64,000 bases of DNA from Octopus sinensis (lineage: Eukaryota). The stretch lies in contig NC_042998.1 of assembly GCF_006345805.1 (NCBI RefSeq), positions 202,554,001 to 202,618,000 of the forward strand, written 5' to 3'. Positions 12,881 through 27,652 of this stretch are shown here, piece by piece (within the stretch, counting starts at the first letter, position 1; each line of letters begins with the position of its first letter). Position numbers and translations under genes: made by a program. The notes beneath the pieces are model-generated. The model saw only the letters and a list, made by a program, of their open reading frames with translations, was not told the origin of the DNA and ran no database searches.

Positions 12881-15857
12881 TAACTGGAGTATATTCAGTA
12901 CTGAATTTTTATTCCATATAAGCACGTTGTTACCGAAATACAATTCGGAAAAGCCCGCCATTTACATAGATGTATAAAGAGTGAACATTTCTATACGCTA
13001 CGTTGGATACACTGGTTATTCGTCTGGTATGTTGATTTTATTCATTCGTTATAAATAATGAATTATGCTTGCACTGATGAGTAAAAAGTGCATTACTGCA
13101 CTAATTATGTAATCACGGTGATCTGCAGCTAAATTCTGTTTTTAAATGACTTGCTTCGAGAGTTGCATTCGGTATGATGTGTTTATTTATTTTGGTAGTT
13201 TTGACTTTAAGAGTCCCTGCTAGCGTGTGGTATTTATGTATAGTAATGCCCTCTATACAATATAAATAAATATATTTAAGTGAAAAAATTGGTGGAATTT
13301 TTCTCTTATGAGGTTTTTCTAGCTAACTGCTTGATAAATTCTTATAAAGATTTTATCCTATTTTTAAACTATATATATATATATACATATAATAACAGAA
13401 AGGGAGGAATTTCCATTATTCCCCACGTGACTTCAAATAAATATATAAGAAATTTAAGAAAGAAAATGCACACATTTTACATAGTTTTAACATGATTTTA
13501 ATACATCTTCTTTTGTGTTTGTTGACTGGTTTCGCTTTTGCTAATCATAAAATTTCAAATTCTATGTTATTCTTTTAATTCTAATATAAATTAACTTAAT
13601 CCGGTGGAGTAGATTTTCTATTTATTTTTAAAAGATTGCAGATGTCCACGTGAATCTTAAGTTTATATTCACTAGAGCCTATATAAAAATTTTTTTTTTC
13701 CTGAACTATAATTGTGCATCGATAGACTACATTTGTTCTCTTACACGAATTCTTAAATTTACAATTAGCTTTAACTTTACAGTTACAATTTTTATAAATG
13801 ATATTATATGTGTATCTATTAGAAGAATTTATATTAATTGAATTAATATGGGTTATTACGGTTCCATCAATGGGAATTATGTAGCCGTTATTATTAGAGT
13901 TAGTGAAGTTTGGGAGATATAGTTTAAGTTTAAAAGAATTAGTAGAATTATTGTCATGGGTATTTCTATTGATGTATAATTTATTTAATTTCCTCTTGTT
14001 AATTGATGATATAATTGTATATAAGTTAGGAGTTAGGCTAAAACCAATCTTGACGGTTTTCTAGTTTATGATTCCATTATATCTATCATCAATATTATGT
14101 ATTTATGAATGGCCTGAAATATAGATTTATGAATGTTATTTCTAATTTGTATTGCATATGCAATAATTAGTCAAATTGTATTAGATTTTTCAGGGTGATT
14201 GTTATTTATAGGTATTTTGAAATTCATTTTAATTTTGTTAGAGTTAATTAAATGAGTATGTGGTTTAATATTATTATTCAGAGCATTATATGGATTAGCA
14301 GTGGTGCTGATATTAGAGGTAATAATTTGATTATTCATATCAATATGCTTATTAATTATGCGCTTATCATTCTGGTGATTATTATAATTGGGACTTGATT
14401 GTTTTTTAATTAATCTTGGGTTTATAAGATAATTTAATAATGTTTTTTTTATATTATGTTTACCATTATGAGATTGTGGTTTATAAATAGGTTGATTACA
14501 AATTATATGTTAAATGTTACTTATATTGTTAGTTATGGTAGGATTATAAAACTTATCAGTTTTTTTTTAATGGTAATTAGTTATGTTATTTTTACTAATG
14601 TTGTTTGGTCGATAGTATCTTATTGGTATTTTATTTTATCCCTGCATCCAGCGTTTGCTATAGCTCTGTTATAGTCATCCATGTGTCTATGAAATATTTC
14701 CTCTTTAAAAGTTGCGTATACGTATGTGTGTATATGTATGCGACCGTACTTGCATATATACACATTTTCGTAACTTTATTTATACCTTATAAACGAATGT
14801 TCCATTCTTACCTTATTCATATTAAATTTCCTCTATCATCTCTATTTAACTTCATTTATTACTCTAATTCAATTTCCCCACTCTATCTTATCTCCATTCA
14901 ACCTGGAATCACCTCGCCCGAAAATATAAAAATACAAATCGTAAAGAGTATCATGCAGGCTGGTATAATGAATCCATAAACACATATAAAACATCCAAGG
15001 GTATATTTTTGCCCTATGAATATATCATGCTCAGGTTATATGAATTTAATATTTACTTAATATTCACTGAGCATTAATTGAAACAGCTGTAAGGGATGAT
15101 GATTGATTTGTTGTCAATAATAAACAATTATTAACTTCCTAATCTCCATTTTTTCTTCTTTGATATATATATATATATGTATGTATATATATATAAACTA
15201 TAAATTAGCGATAAAACCACTATTATGTAACTCAAACAGTGATAGACATAAACCGATACAAAAATAACAAATAATATATACTTTTATAAAATATATAACT
15301 TATAACTAGATCTCAAAAAGTATAAAATGAATGATAAATATATAATATAATAAGTATATATATGTATATATATATATGTATGTATGTATATTTATATATA
15401 CATACATATATATATACATACATACATACATACATACATACATACATACATTTATAATTTCATATTGACACCACGAATGCAGTACACGATATTCTATGAG
15501 ATAATTAGAACAGAGTAATTATTTCTGTCTGTGTGGGTACTATGTTATAAGCTACTCTCTCCCGGTGATCAGGTAAATGAATAATTTATGTCAGATGAAA
15601 CGGTAAAGAAAACATTGAAACTCATCAAGCTGATTTATTTTATTCTCCGATGTAATATAAGTAGTTTAACCATAAGAAATATTTTACGCGGCAGTGGAAA
15701 AAGTGAAAACTGTCATTTGAACTTATATTATATACATCAAGCCTTATAGTTCTTCAACTAATTAAGTATTACATTTCAAACTGCTTAAATTTAGATCTAT
15801 AGGATCACAATATAAACGATAAATAACTATAAGCCCTCTGGGCCACGATCTCTACCG

Positions 15858-16010
15858 TTGCTGTGTGGTAAGAATCTTCCTTCACAACCACATGTTTCCA
15901 GGTTAAGTTCCACTGCATGGCACCTTGGGCAAGTCTATTCTGCTATAGCCTCGGGCCGACCAAAGCCTTATGAATGGATTTGGTAGACGGAAACTGGAAG
16001 AAGCCCGTCG

Positions 16011-16089
<79 letters not shown>

Positions 16090-16330
16090 TGTATGTGTAT
16101 ATATTTGTGTGTCCCTGTCTGTGTTTCTCCACCCCCGCGTCATTCCTTGACACTCGATGCTGGTGTGTTTATGTCCCTGTAGCATAGCAGTTCGGCAAAA
16201 GAAACCGATATGTGAAGTACTGGGCTTACATAGAATGCCTTGGTGTCGATTTCTTTGACTAACACCCTTTAAGTCGGCGCTCCAGCATGGCTGCAGTCAA
16301 ATAACTGAAACAAGTAGAAGAATTAAAGAA
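15858..16330 (+). mobile_element. SINE family A, diverged
   Basis: GCTGTGTGGTAAG head ... GGCACCTTGGGCAAGTC ... (TA)n(TG)n ... CCAGCATGGCTGCAGTCAAATAACTGAAACAAGTAG. Confidence 0.88.
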
Positions 16331-16541
16331 CGCATATATGCTTATGCATGAAATATCATTAATACCTCCAACCACACTCATGACAGAAGCTAATAACTTG
16401 CGCCCATTATCATAGTCAACTACGATACTATATTCGTTTCCCTTCTCACCGTGCAACGCGTGCTTCTGCTCTCTCTCCTTTCCTTTCAAGTGTGATAGAG
16501 CCAACTTCTTTGGCCGTCTCGTAGTTTCTTTCCTTGAGTAC

Positions 16542-16922
16542 TTTATATTCATTTCTACTCTAGGCGCAGAGACCGAAATTTTAGGGAAGGGGGTCTGTCG
16601 ATTAGATCGACCCCAATACGCAACGGGTGCTTCATTTATGGACCCCGAAAGGATGAAAGGCAAAGCGGAATTTGAACTCATAACGTAAAGACAGACAAAA
16701 TACCTATTTCTTTATTACCCACAAGGGACTAAACACAGAGGGGACAAACGGATTAAGTCGATAATATCGACCCCAGTGCGTAAATGGTACTTAAGTTATC
16801 GACCCAGAAAGGTTGAAAGGCAAAGTCGACTTCGGCGGAATTTGAACTCAGAACGTAACGGCAGACGAAATACCGCTAAACATTTCGCCCGGCGTGCTAA
16901 AGGTTCTGCCAGATCGCCGCCT
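16542..16922 (-). mobile_element. Two adjacent family C SINEs (full copy about 16704-16922, partial copy with a different tail about 16542-16703)
   Basis: CCCGAAAGGATGAAAGGCAAAG-type motif occurs twice; the tails differ (...CTAGAGTAGAAATGAATA versus ...GGGTAATAAAGAAATAG on the minus strand). Confidence 0.82.
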
Positions 16923-17293
16923 TTGAGTAATTTATATTTCACCCGTGATCGTAATCTGGGTTTATATGAGAGATGAAAAATTGTTTTGAAAGCAATTCTT
17001 CATCTCTCATATAAAGCGGCCTCTTCACCTGCCACCATTTCTACTACAACACGGCTCATTGTCCATTACCTCACGCGTGAATTCATCCTTTCATGTCACG
17101 AATAATTTCAACTACACCCCTAAAACGCCGACTCCGTAGATTAGTATATAGAACAGGACATACCATATAATACAAGGCCCTTCATGTCTTTAGCCAATCG
17201 CTTCAATACTTCAAGTTACAACTACCTATGTGTTACTTATTTGCAGAGATTTTACGACACTATTGAAAAGTCGTCATCCGCGTATAAATTTTA

Positions 17294-17690
17294 ACTAGCA
17301 GAGATACCCGGCGTTGTCCGTGTTACATAGAATTGACGAATTAGACTTTTCTGTTATATGTTCTCTAATGAACTGGAATATCTATGTTTCGAATTTCATC
17401 AAAATTGCAGATGTGGGTTATTTCCCTCTTTACACACACCCCAAAAATTGTAATCGTGTCACATATATCCCATACTACTGATTTTTATGCGCATATTCCA
17501 AAATTCCAGTCTTATAGAACCTGTTAAAAAAGATTTTGCTCCTGAAACATGAAGGTCATAGAACTCTAAAATGTGAGAGTTAAGGCCCCTGTTAGGGGTG
17601 GGCATCTTAATGTCAACCAGAGAATTTGAATAGTTGAGAATCTTTTTAACTTGGGTCTTATATCTATTGTTTGAATTTCTTTGAAATAGG
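17294..17690 (+). mobile_element. Helitron/Helentron-like non-autonomous element (HINE/DINE-1-like), 5' portion
   Basis: Starts ACTAGCAGAGATACCCGGCGTTGTCCG; about 400 bp homologous to 25053-25410; same terminus type as at 26174. Confidence 0.6.
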
Positions 17691-18614
17691 AAATATATGT
17701 TCACTGGGTTTGTAAAAGAGAGCAAAGCTACAGGAAACCAAAAGCTGAATGATCACAATAAGCAGTCAGTTACCCTACCCTAGTCGTTACCACTCCCAAT
17801 GTAGGATTCGTCATCATCCAGGTGGCAGGCACAGCCGTAAGATGCATTACGAATCTATAGCAATTAGAAGGGCGTGACCCAACTGAAATAAACATTAACA
17901 ACTGTGTGACGTGAGGGCTAAGGAGAAATGAGAGTTGGAGTTTGCAAATGACCACAATACTGATACGAAACTGGACAGAATAAATTTACAATCTATAAAT
18001 GTCTTTGAATAACTAGTCACTCATCTGGGAAGGCCTTGAAATCAATGTTACCATATGGGGACTATGTGTGACCCAGTGATACTAAAAAGACTGAAAGGAG
18101 GTCTGCAATCAAATAACTTTAGTCAACACTTTGCAACTGAAGAAGTGGAGGCAAAGATGCCTCTCATTTACTTGACAATTTATGCACCACAATTTATGCA
18201 CCACATTGCAGAAATCACAATGTAAGTGTATGGCAAAGCAAACTCTTACACTGTTGTACTATTGAATCACAGATATCGCTGAACTTTTATGCTCGGGTAA
18301 CACTACAGCTTTCAAGAGCACAACTGTATTCGTTTTTGCTTTGATAAAATGACAAAACTGTGGGTGTTAAGTCCCCATGGTGGGGGTCTTTATAACTTGT
18401 AAGAAAATGACATTTTATAAATATTACTTAATTTGTCTCTAATATCTATGGCTAAAAATTCCTCAACAGCAAAAATATATGAATTGTCATGGGGGTTATA
18501 GCCCTTTGCATAGAATATAATTTCCAAATTTCATAAAGATCCATTCAGTACTTTTGACCTATTTTGGATCAAAAAAGAAATGACTAAAATTTAGGAGTTA
18601 AGGCTCCCATTAGG

Positions 18615-20396
<1,782 letters not shown>

Positions 20397-20397
20397 C

Positions 20398-20434
<37 letters not shown>

Positions 20435-20448
20435 ATATATATATATGT

Positions 20449-20491
<43 letters not shown>

Positions 20492-20804
20492 GATAGATAG
20501 ATAGATAGATATAGATATATACACACACAGATACAAAAATAAATTGATAGATACAACTGATTAAGCAAGCAAAAAATATGAGACACATCCTAGTGCGTTT
20601 TTATGTTGATAAGCCTGGTACTTATTGTATTAGTTTGTTCTTGTGAAACCAGTAAGTTAAGTGGATATAAATAAATGAACAGCAGTTGTGAAGCAGTGAT
20701 GAGGACGAAAAACAGAAACAAAAACACACACATACACTTACATATATACATACATATATATACGATTGATTTGTTTCAGTCCCTGTCTACGAAATCCATA
20801 TATA

Positions 20805-22340
20805 TTGTTGCTGGCATTCTTTTCGTCTCGGAAGACAGTGGAGTTGCGCATAAAATAATCAAGTCAGGCTTTTACATTTCCTGTCCTAATACATCTCCTG
20901 CTGTGGCTGTGTAGTCCTATCCTGGACAAAAACTCCCTCTGGCAGGTGCCGCAATTGTAGCGAAGACTCTGCCTGGCTGGTTGTAATGTCATACTTTCTT
21001 GTTGACGTTTTTTCTTGTCTTTCCATTTCTCCTCTCTATGTCACTCTTTGCGTTCCCTCTTTTACGGTACGTCGCCAATCTCCACGGTTGCTGGCAACTG
21101 CTTCCCAGTTGGTAATATTGATGTTGCAGGCATTCATGTACCTTTTGCAAACATCCTTGTATCATAAGAACGGCCTTCCCACAGACCTACTGCCCCTAGC
21201 AAGCTCTCCGTAGAGTATGTCCTTGAGAAATCCGCCATACGGCTAACATGTCCAAGCCATCTCATACGCCTTTGAGTGAGGAGTGCAAACATGCTTGGTA
21301 TTCCTGCTTGCTTGAGGACATCTTGGTTGCGGATATGATTCTGCCATTTGATGCAAAGGATTTTCCGGAGGCAGCGCAGGTGAAAGATATTTAGGCGACG
21401 TATGGTATGTATTTAGGCGACGTATGGCGTATGTATGGCGTTCAAGTCTCACTTCCATACAGTAGAGTGCTAAGTACACATGCGTGGTAAATCTTCATTT
21501 TTTGGTCTTGGTCAGCTTATTGTTGTCCCATGCCCGTTTGGATAGTTGGGCCATCACAGCAGCTGCCTTGCCAATGCGTATATTGAGATCAGCATCAAGG
21601 GATAGGTTGTAGGTGACGGTAGAGCTAAGATAGGTAAACCTCTCCACCTCTTGTAGTCTGTGGTCTCCAATATGTATGTTTGGGATGTTCGATGTAGCCT
21701 GACCCATGATGTTGGTCTTCTTGAGGCTGATAACTAAGCCAAAGTCGCTACATGCTTGCTCAAAAGAGTTGATGAGCCTTTGCAGGGCTTCTTCTGTGTG
21801 TGATACCAGAGCGGCATCATTAACAAATAGCACCTCCTTGATCAGGACGCTTCTGATTTTGGTCTTGACACGCAGACGCGAGAAATTGAACAGTTTCCCG
21901 TCACTTCTACTGTGCAGAAACACTCCATCATCTGATGTTTGAAAGGCATGTGACAGCAGCAGCGAGAAGAAGATGCCAAATAATGTAGGAGCAAGGTCAC
22001 AACCTTCTTTTACCCCGCTTTTCATTTGGAAGGCGGTTGGTGTTGAACCATTGTGCTGTATGGTACTTGCATATCATCATGGAAAGATTTGATGATTCTC
22101 AGCAGCTTTGGTGGACATCCGATATTTGGAGCAGGATGAAGAGGCCTTTTCTAATTACCAAGTCAAAGGCCTTTGTCAGATCAATGAAGGCCATATATAA
22201 TGGCCTTTTCTGCTTTCTGGACATCTCCTGAAGTTGGCGTATGGAGAATATCACGTCCATAGCTGAGCTGCTTCTTCTAAAGCCACACTGCGATTCTGGA
22301 TAAATTCGAGAAGCAATCAGTAGTAGCCTAAAACGCTGCT
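20805..22340 (-). mobile_element. RTE-clade (BovB-like) LINE, 5'-truncated, degenerate RT and 3' end
   Basis: PESQCGFR..S.MDVIFSIRQLQE...FIDLTKAFDLV; SGVKEGCDLAPTLFGIFFS; LFVNDAAL; FGLVISLKKT; FTYLSS. The 3' UTR reads GCGCAACTCCACTGTCTTCCGAGACGAAAAGAATGCCAG. Stops and frameshifts present. Confidence 0.93.
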
Positions 22341-22635
22341 CCATATATGTACGTGAGATTGTAAATAAATGCATACATATATATACATACACAAACATAC
22401 ATATTCATACATACATACATACATATAGATACATACACTTACATACATACACATACATACACACACACATACACACACATACATAGACACACAGACATAC
22501 ATGCACATATAAACATACACATACATACATGCACATACATGCATGCACATACATGCATGCACATACATACACATACAAATATAGATACACACATGCAAAT
22601 ACATACACATACACAGACATACATTCACACACATA

Positions 22636-24223
22636 CAGTGGGGGGGGGAATAAATATTCGTACACGTCAAAATTCTTTATTTATCTAATTTCAAATGAAC
22701 ATAAATGGGATATACCAATACTATATTTGCATACACATGTATAAATTAAGAATATGCAAAAGAAACTAATAAATTATAGTAGCTAAGGAATTTATATTCA
22801 ATAAAAAATATTTAGGGGTGAAAGAAGTATTCGTACAGAACATAAATAACTGATAATTCTGATTTAATACTTCATAGCATAACCATTATTCAGTTCCACT
22901 TCAACCAATCTCTTCTTGTAGTTCTTAATCAATGACTCGCATGTTTCTTTAGGAATTTTTTCCCATTCTTCTTGACAAATTTTCTTCAAATCTGCAATGC
23001 ACGTTGGGGCTCTTGAATGAATTTCAGTTTTCAAATAACACCACAAATTCAAGTCAGGTGACTGGCTTGGCCATTCTAATAATTTTATATTGTGATCGAC
23101 AATCCATTCTTTGGTAGACTTCGCGTGTGCTTACTGTCGTTATCCTCTTGTAAAACCCACCTTCTCAAAGCTGGAGCTTTTCTACAGAGTCCCATAAATT
23201 ATTGTTCAAAATATGTTGGTATTCATTCGACCAACTATCACATGTAAATTGCCAGTACCATTTGCAGAGAAGCACCCCCACACCAACCTGTTGTTACCTC
23301 CAAACTTTACGGTAGGAATTGTGTTTTTCAGCAAATAGGCGGTACCATCTTTCATCGAAACATGGCTACGCGAATTTTGCCCTAACAATTCAATTTTCGA
23401 CTCCTCTGTCCATAGAACATTTCCCTGAATGCATCAGATTTATCTTTATGTTCATAAACAAATTTTAAACGGGCATCTCTATGCCTTTTAGTCAATAGTG
23501 GAGTTTTCTAGGAGAGCGTGACTTCAGTTCATTCTTAGGAAGTTCTTTGCTGATTGTTCGTAGTGTAACACTACTCCCTGAAGCTAATAAATCTTCTTGC
23601 AACACCTTTCTGATGATAATTGCGTTTTTTTTTTTCGATTCTTCATTTCATTTTTCTTAAAGTTCTAGGAGAAATCTTGTGTGGTGCACCAGATCTTATT
23701 CTGTTTTCAACAGTTCCCGATTTTTTATATCTTTGAATAAATAAAGATATGGTAGAAAATGGAATACAAAGGGTCTCTGATATTTTCCTGTAAGTTTTAC
23801 CTCTTTTCCACTGTTCAATAATTAAATTTTTCACTGAATTTGTGAGTTCTTTACTTTTCGCCATTATTACGATACTACTTTATATTGTCTCAGGGCTGAA
23901 TGAAGAAGGTACTGTTTTGACACTTAAAGATGACAACTGATAAGACTATTGGAACAAACGAGAAAGTTCTAGTAAAAAAAAATTATTTTAACAGTATTTT
24001 ATGGCATAGAAAATCATAAATTTATTCTGTACGAATATTTTTTTCACACCTAAATATTTATAATTGTATATAAGTTCATAAGTTACTATAATTTATTATT
24101 TTCTTTTGCATATTCTAAGTTTATGCATGTGTATGCGAATATAGTATTGGTATATCGCATTTATGTTCATTAGAAATTAAATAAAGAATTTTGACGTGTA
24201 CGAATTTTTATTTCTCCCCACTG
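22636..24223 (-). mobile_element. Full-length Tc1-family transposon of IR-DR type with a disrupted transposase
   Basis: TA-CAGTG...CACTG-TA ends; ~210-bp TIRs, each with inner and outer TATTCGTACA-type repeats (22655, 22828, 24028, 24197). Transposase 23864 to 22864: MAKSKELTNSVKNLII (paired-like), [41 protein letters not shown]; frameshifted and lacking PIEN. Confidence 0.96.
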
Positions 24224-24509
24224 TACATACACATGCACAATACATACATGCACATACATGCATACATACACATGGGTACATGCACATACATATATACATA
24301 AACGTACATACACCAATACACATACATACACCAATAAACCAACACATATACATACATACACATATATATGTACATACACATATATACATACACACACATG
24401 TTTTCATGCTACCTGACTTGTTTTTAAATCTGTTCCGTTCGTTGTTCATAAAACAATTTCGTTTTCGATGCTATCCTATTTCATATTTTCGTTGACCCGA
24501 CCCGACCCG

Positions 24510-24775
24510 GACTGTGGGCCGGTGGCGGTGTACAGTCGCCCAGAGCGAGCTCTGGTCGCCATAGCGTCGACCGTGGGCCAGTGGCGGTGTACAGTCGCCC
24601 AGAGCGAGCTCTGGTCGCCATAGCGTCGACCGTGGGCCAGTGGCGGTGTACAGTCGCCCAGAGCGAGCTCTGGTCGCCATAACGTCGACTGTGGGCCAGT
24701 GGCGGTGTACAGTCGCCCAGAGCGAGCTCCGGTCGCCATAGCGTCGACAGTGGGCTGGTAGCGGCGCACAGTCAC
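24510..24775. repeat. GC-rich 59-bp minisatellite (4 full units plus a partial), each with a hairpin
   Basis: Unit GACCGTGGGCCAGTGGCGGTGTACAGTCGCCCAGAGCGAGCTCTGGTCGCCATAGCGTC; GTGGGC recurs at 24514, 24573, 24632, 24691 and 24750. Confidence 0.96.
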
Positions 24776-24927
24776 CTCAATGTCGCCCAGAGTTTTGCCC
24801 ATGACGCTCCATGGACCCTAAGTAAGGCATATGTAAAATTTGAATGAAATTGGTTGTGTAGTTCTCAAGTTTTTGGGATTCACACAGACAGACATACATT
24901 CTCAGATGTATACATATATAGATATAT
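24776..24927 (+). mobile_element. HINE/Helentron-like 3' terminus
   Basis: AAATTTGAATGAAATTGGTTGTGTAGTTCTCAAG...CACACAGACAGACATACATTCTCAGATGTATACATATATAGAT; same architecture as the 3' end of the 25798-26174 element. Confidence 0.5.
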
Positions 24928-25052
24928 GTATGTATATATATATGCACATACATAAATATATTCATATATATATATATACATATATGTATACAAGTATACA
25001 TCTGCGTGTACAGATATGTGTATGAATGCAAATATATAAGGTAATATAAGGT

Positions 25053-25410
25053 ACTAGCAGAGTTCCCCGGCGTTACCCGAGTTACATACAATTGAAGAAT
25101 TAGACTTTTCTGTTATATTTTCTGTAATGAGCTGGAATATCTATGTTTCGAATTTCATCAAAATTGCAAATTACAAAATTGTAATCGTGCCACATCTATC
25201 TCATACTGCTGATTTTTATGCGCATATTCCAAAATTCCAGTCCTATTGAACCTGTTAAAAGCATTTTGCTCCTGAATAATGAAGGTCATGGAGCTCTAAA
25301 ATGTGAGAGTTAAGGCCCCTATTGGGGGTGGGCGTCTTAATGTCAACCAGAGAAGTTGAATTGTTAAGAATCTTTTTAACTTGGGTCTTATATCTGTTGT
25401 TTGAATTTTT
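25053..25410 (+). mobile_element. HINE-like 5' portion, paralog of 17294-17690
   Basis: ACTAGCAGAGTTCCCCGGCGTTACCCGAG followed by long shared blocks (GATTTTTATGCGCATATTCCAAAATTCCAGTC; CTCTAAAATGTGAGAGTTAAGGCCCCT). Confidence 0.65.
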
Positions 25411-25599
25411 TGAAATTTTTGTAAGTTATGAGGATATAAATAAACGAACAGCCGTTATGAAGCAGTGATGAGGGTGAAATACACTTAAATATATACATAG
25501 ATATATATACGATTGATTTATTTAAGTTTCTGTCTACGAAATCTATATATATATATGAGTGGGGGGAGGGGTATGTATGTACACACATATACACACAAA

Positions 25600-26347
25600 G
25601 ATAGATTGCGTGGGCAAACAAAAATATGTGATACTGCCTAGTGGTTTTTTTTTTATTTTGATAAGCGTGATACTTATTCTATCAGTTTCTTCTTGTGAAA
25701 CCAGTAAGTTATGGAGATGTAAATAAACGAACACCAGTTGTTAGGCAGTGATGAGGGAGAAACACAAAGACACACACAAAGACTTACATATATACATATC
25801 TTTATATATAAAAGTAAGGTTGTGTGTCTGTCTACTCCGATTTAGATTCCTAACTACTCCCACATTTTGCGGTGCAGTTTAACCAAAAGCTGGTATCTTA
25901 TAGTCGTGATTCATATCGAGCCCTTCTGGGTACTTGCGCGCGTCTACGATGAGTCTACGACTTTAAAAATAATTTACCATCGTTTCTTTCCATTTTAATG
26001 CATATTTTTTTAAAGGGAAGTAACTCTCTAAAGTCAACGATTTAATAAAAATTTACCATCATATTTTTTCCATTTTTAATGATTTTTTTTGGTATTTTTT
26101 GGCTATAACTCTCTAAAAATGCTTTATAGTTATTTCCCTTATAAACTCGAGCAACGCCGGGCAATACTGCTAGTATATATATACGATTGATTTCTTTTAG
26201 TTTCTGTCTACAAAATCCACTGACAAGGCTTTGGTTGGTCTCAGGCTATAGCAGAAGGCACATGCCAAGTCACCACACCGTGGGGCTGAACTGAGGTCCA
26301 TGTGTTTTGGAACGAAGTTTGTTACCGCACGGCCACACCTGCACCTG
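25600..26347 (-). mobile_element. Old, diverged family A SINE interrupted by a HINE-like insertion
   Basis: GATACTTATTCTATCAG...AAACACAAAGACAC on the left of the insertion; TACGATTGATTTCTTTTAGTTTCTGTCTAC...CACACCTGCACCT on the right. Confidence 0.7.
25798..26174 (-). mobile_element. Complete ~377-bp HINE/Helentron-like non-autonomous element
   Basis: Minus strand starts ACTAGCAGTATTGCCCGGCGTTGCTCGAG and ends AGACAGACACACAACCTTACTTTTATATATAAAGAT; inserted in the TA tract of a SINE with no obvious TSD. Confidence 0.7.
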
Positions 26348-27115
26348 TGTGTGTGTATGGGTGTATATATGTATGCATGTAGATATGTGAATATATATAT
26401 ATATGTGTATATATTACATGTACATCTATATATATATATATATATATATATAATCTACACATATACATGTATACATATACATCTATATATATATAGAAAT
26501 AAATGTATGCATATACAGCTATACACACACACATACATACATACATACATACATACATACATACATACATACATACATACATACATACATACATACATAC
26601 ATACATAGGTGCAGGTGTGGCTGTGTGGTAACAAACTTCGTTCCAAAACACATGGTCCTGGGTTTAAATTTAAAAGAGAAATTGAATATTAATTTGATTA
26701 ATATGAATTGAAAACCAGTGGTGTAGCATCTAAGACCATAGCGGATCTTCTTCTAGCAAAATGGATGTCTACTGTTAATGGTTCATTCCTCTTATATAAT
26801 AGTTTGACTTTAATAGTTTCAGTTAATTTTTTAGCAAGTGTGAATGTGGGACCACACACTCACACACATTTACTAAACATAGGCACACACAAGGATATAC
26901 GCATGCGCAAATTACGACACATATAGCAGGAATACAAAATGGAGATCGTGAGTAAGGAGATACACAAAAAGAAAGAAGGAAGCAAAGGACCACTGATGAG
27001 GTCACAGAAGTGACGAAAGAACCCTGGCCGAAATACAATTTATATAAAATAAAGCTTATATATGTATATATATATATGCGTATATATATACATATATATA
27101 TATCTTCTTTTCTTT

Positions 27116-27496
27116 AGCACTCCGTCGGTTACGACGATGAGGGTTCCGGTTGATCCGAATCAACGGAACAGCCTGCTCGTGAAATTACCGTGTAAGTGGC
27201 TGAGCACTCCACAGACACGTGCACCCTTAACGTAGTTCTGGGGGATATTCAGCGTGACACAGAGAGTGACAAGGCCGGCCCTTTGAAATACAGGTACAAC
27301 AGAAACAGGAAGTAAGTGTGAGAGAAAGTTGTGGTGAAAGAGTACAGCAGGGATCACCACCATCCCCTACGGAGCCTCGTGGAGCTTTTAGGTGTTTTCG
27401 CTCAATAAACACTCACAACGCCCGGTCTGAGAATCGAAACCGCGATCCTGTGACCGCGAGTCCGCTGCCCTAACCATTGGGCCATTTCGCCTCCAC
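27116..27496 (-). mobile_element. SINE family B with tail T1
   Basis: Reverse complement of the 33773 and 39924 copies, ending CGTCGTAACCGACGGAGTGCT. Confidence 0.92.
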
Positions 27497-27507
27497 ACAC
27501 ATATATT

Positions 27508-27538
<31 letters not shown>

Positions 27539-27569
27539 CACACACACACATATATATATATATATATGC

Positions 27570-27652
<83 letters not shown>

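Noticed and set aside
13800-14700. Strand-asymmetric AT-rich tract with open low-complexity frames on the minus strand
   Set aside because: No recognisable domain; open frames are expected from the base composition.
24510-24775. Palindromic direct repeats resembling a CRISPR array
   Set aside because: Units are contiguous with no unique spacers, there are no cas genes, and the context is eukaryotic.
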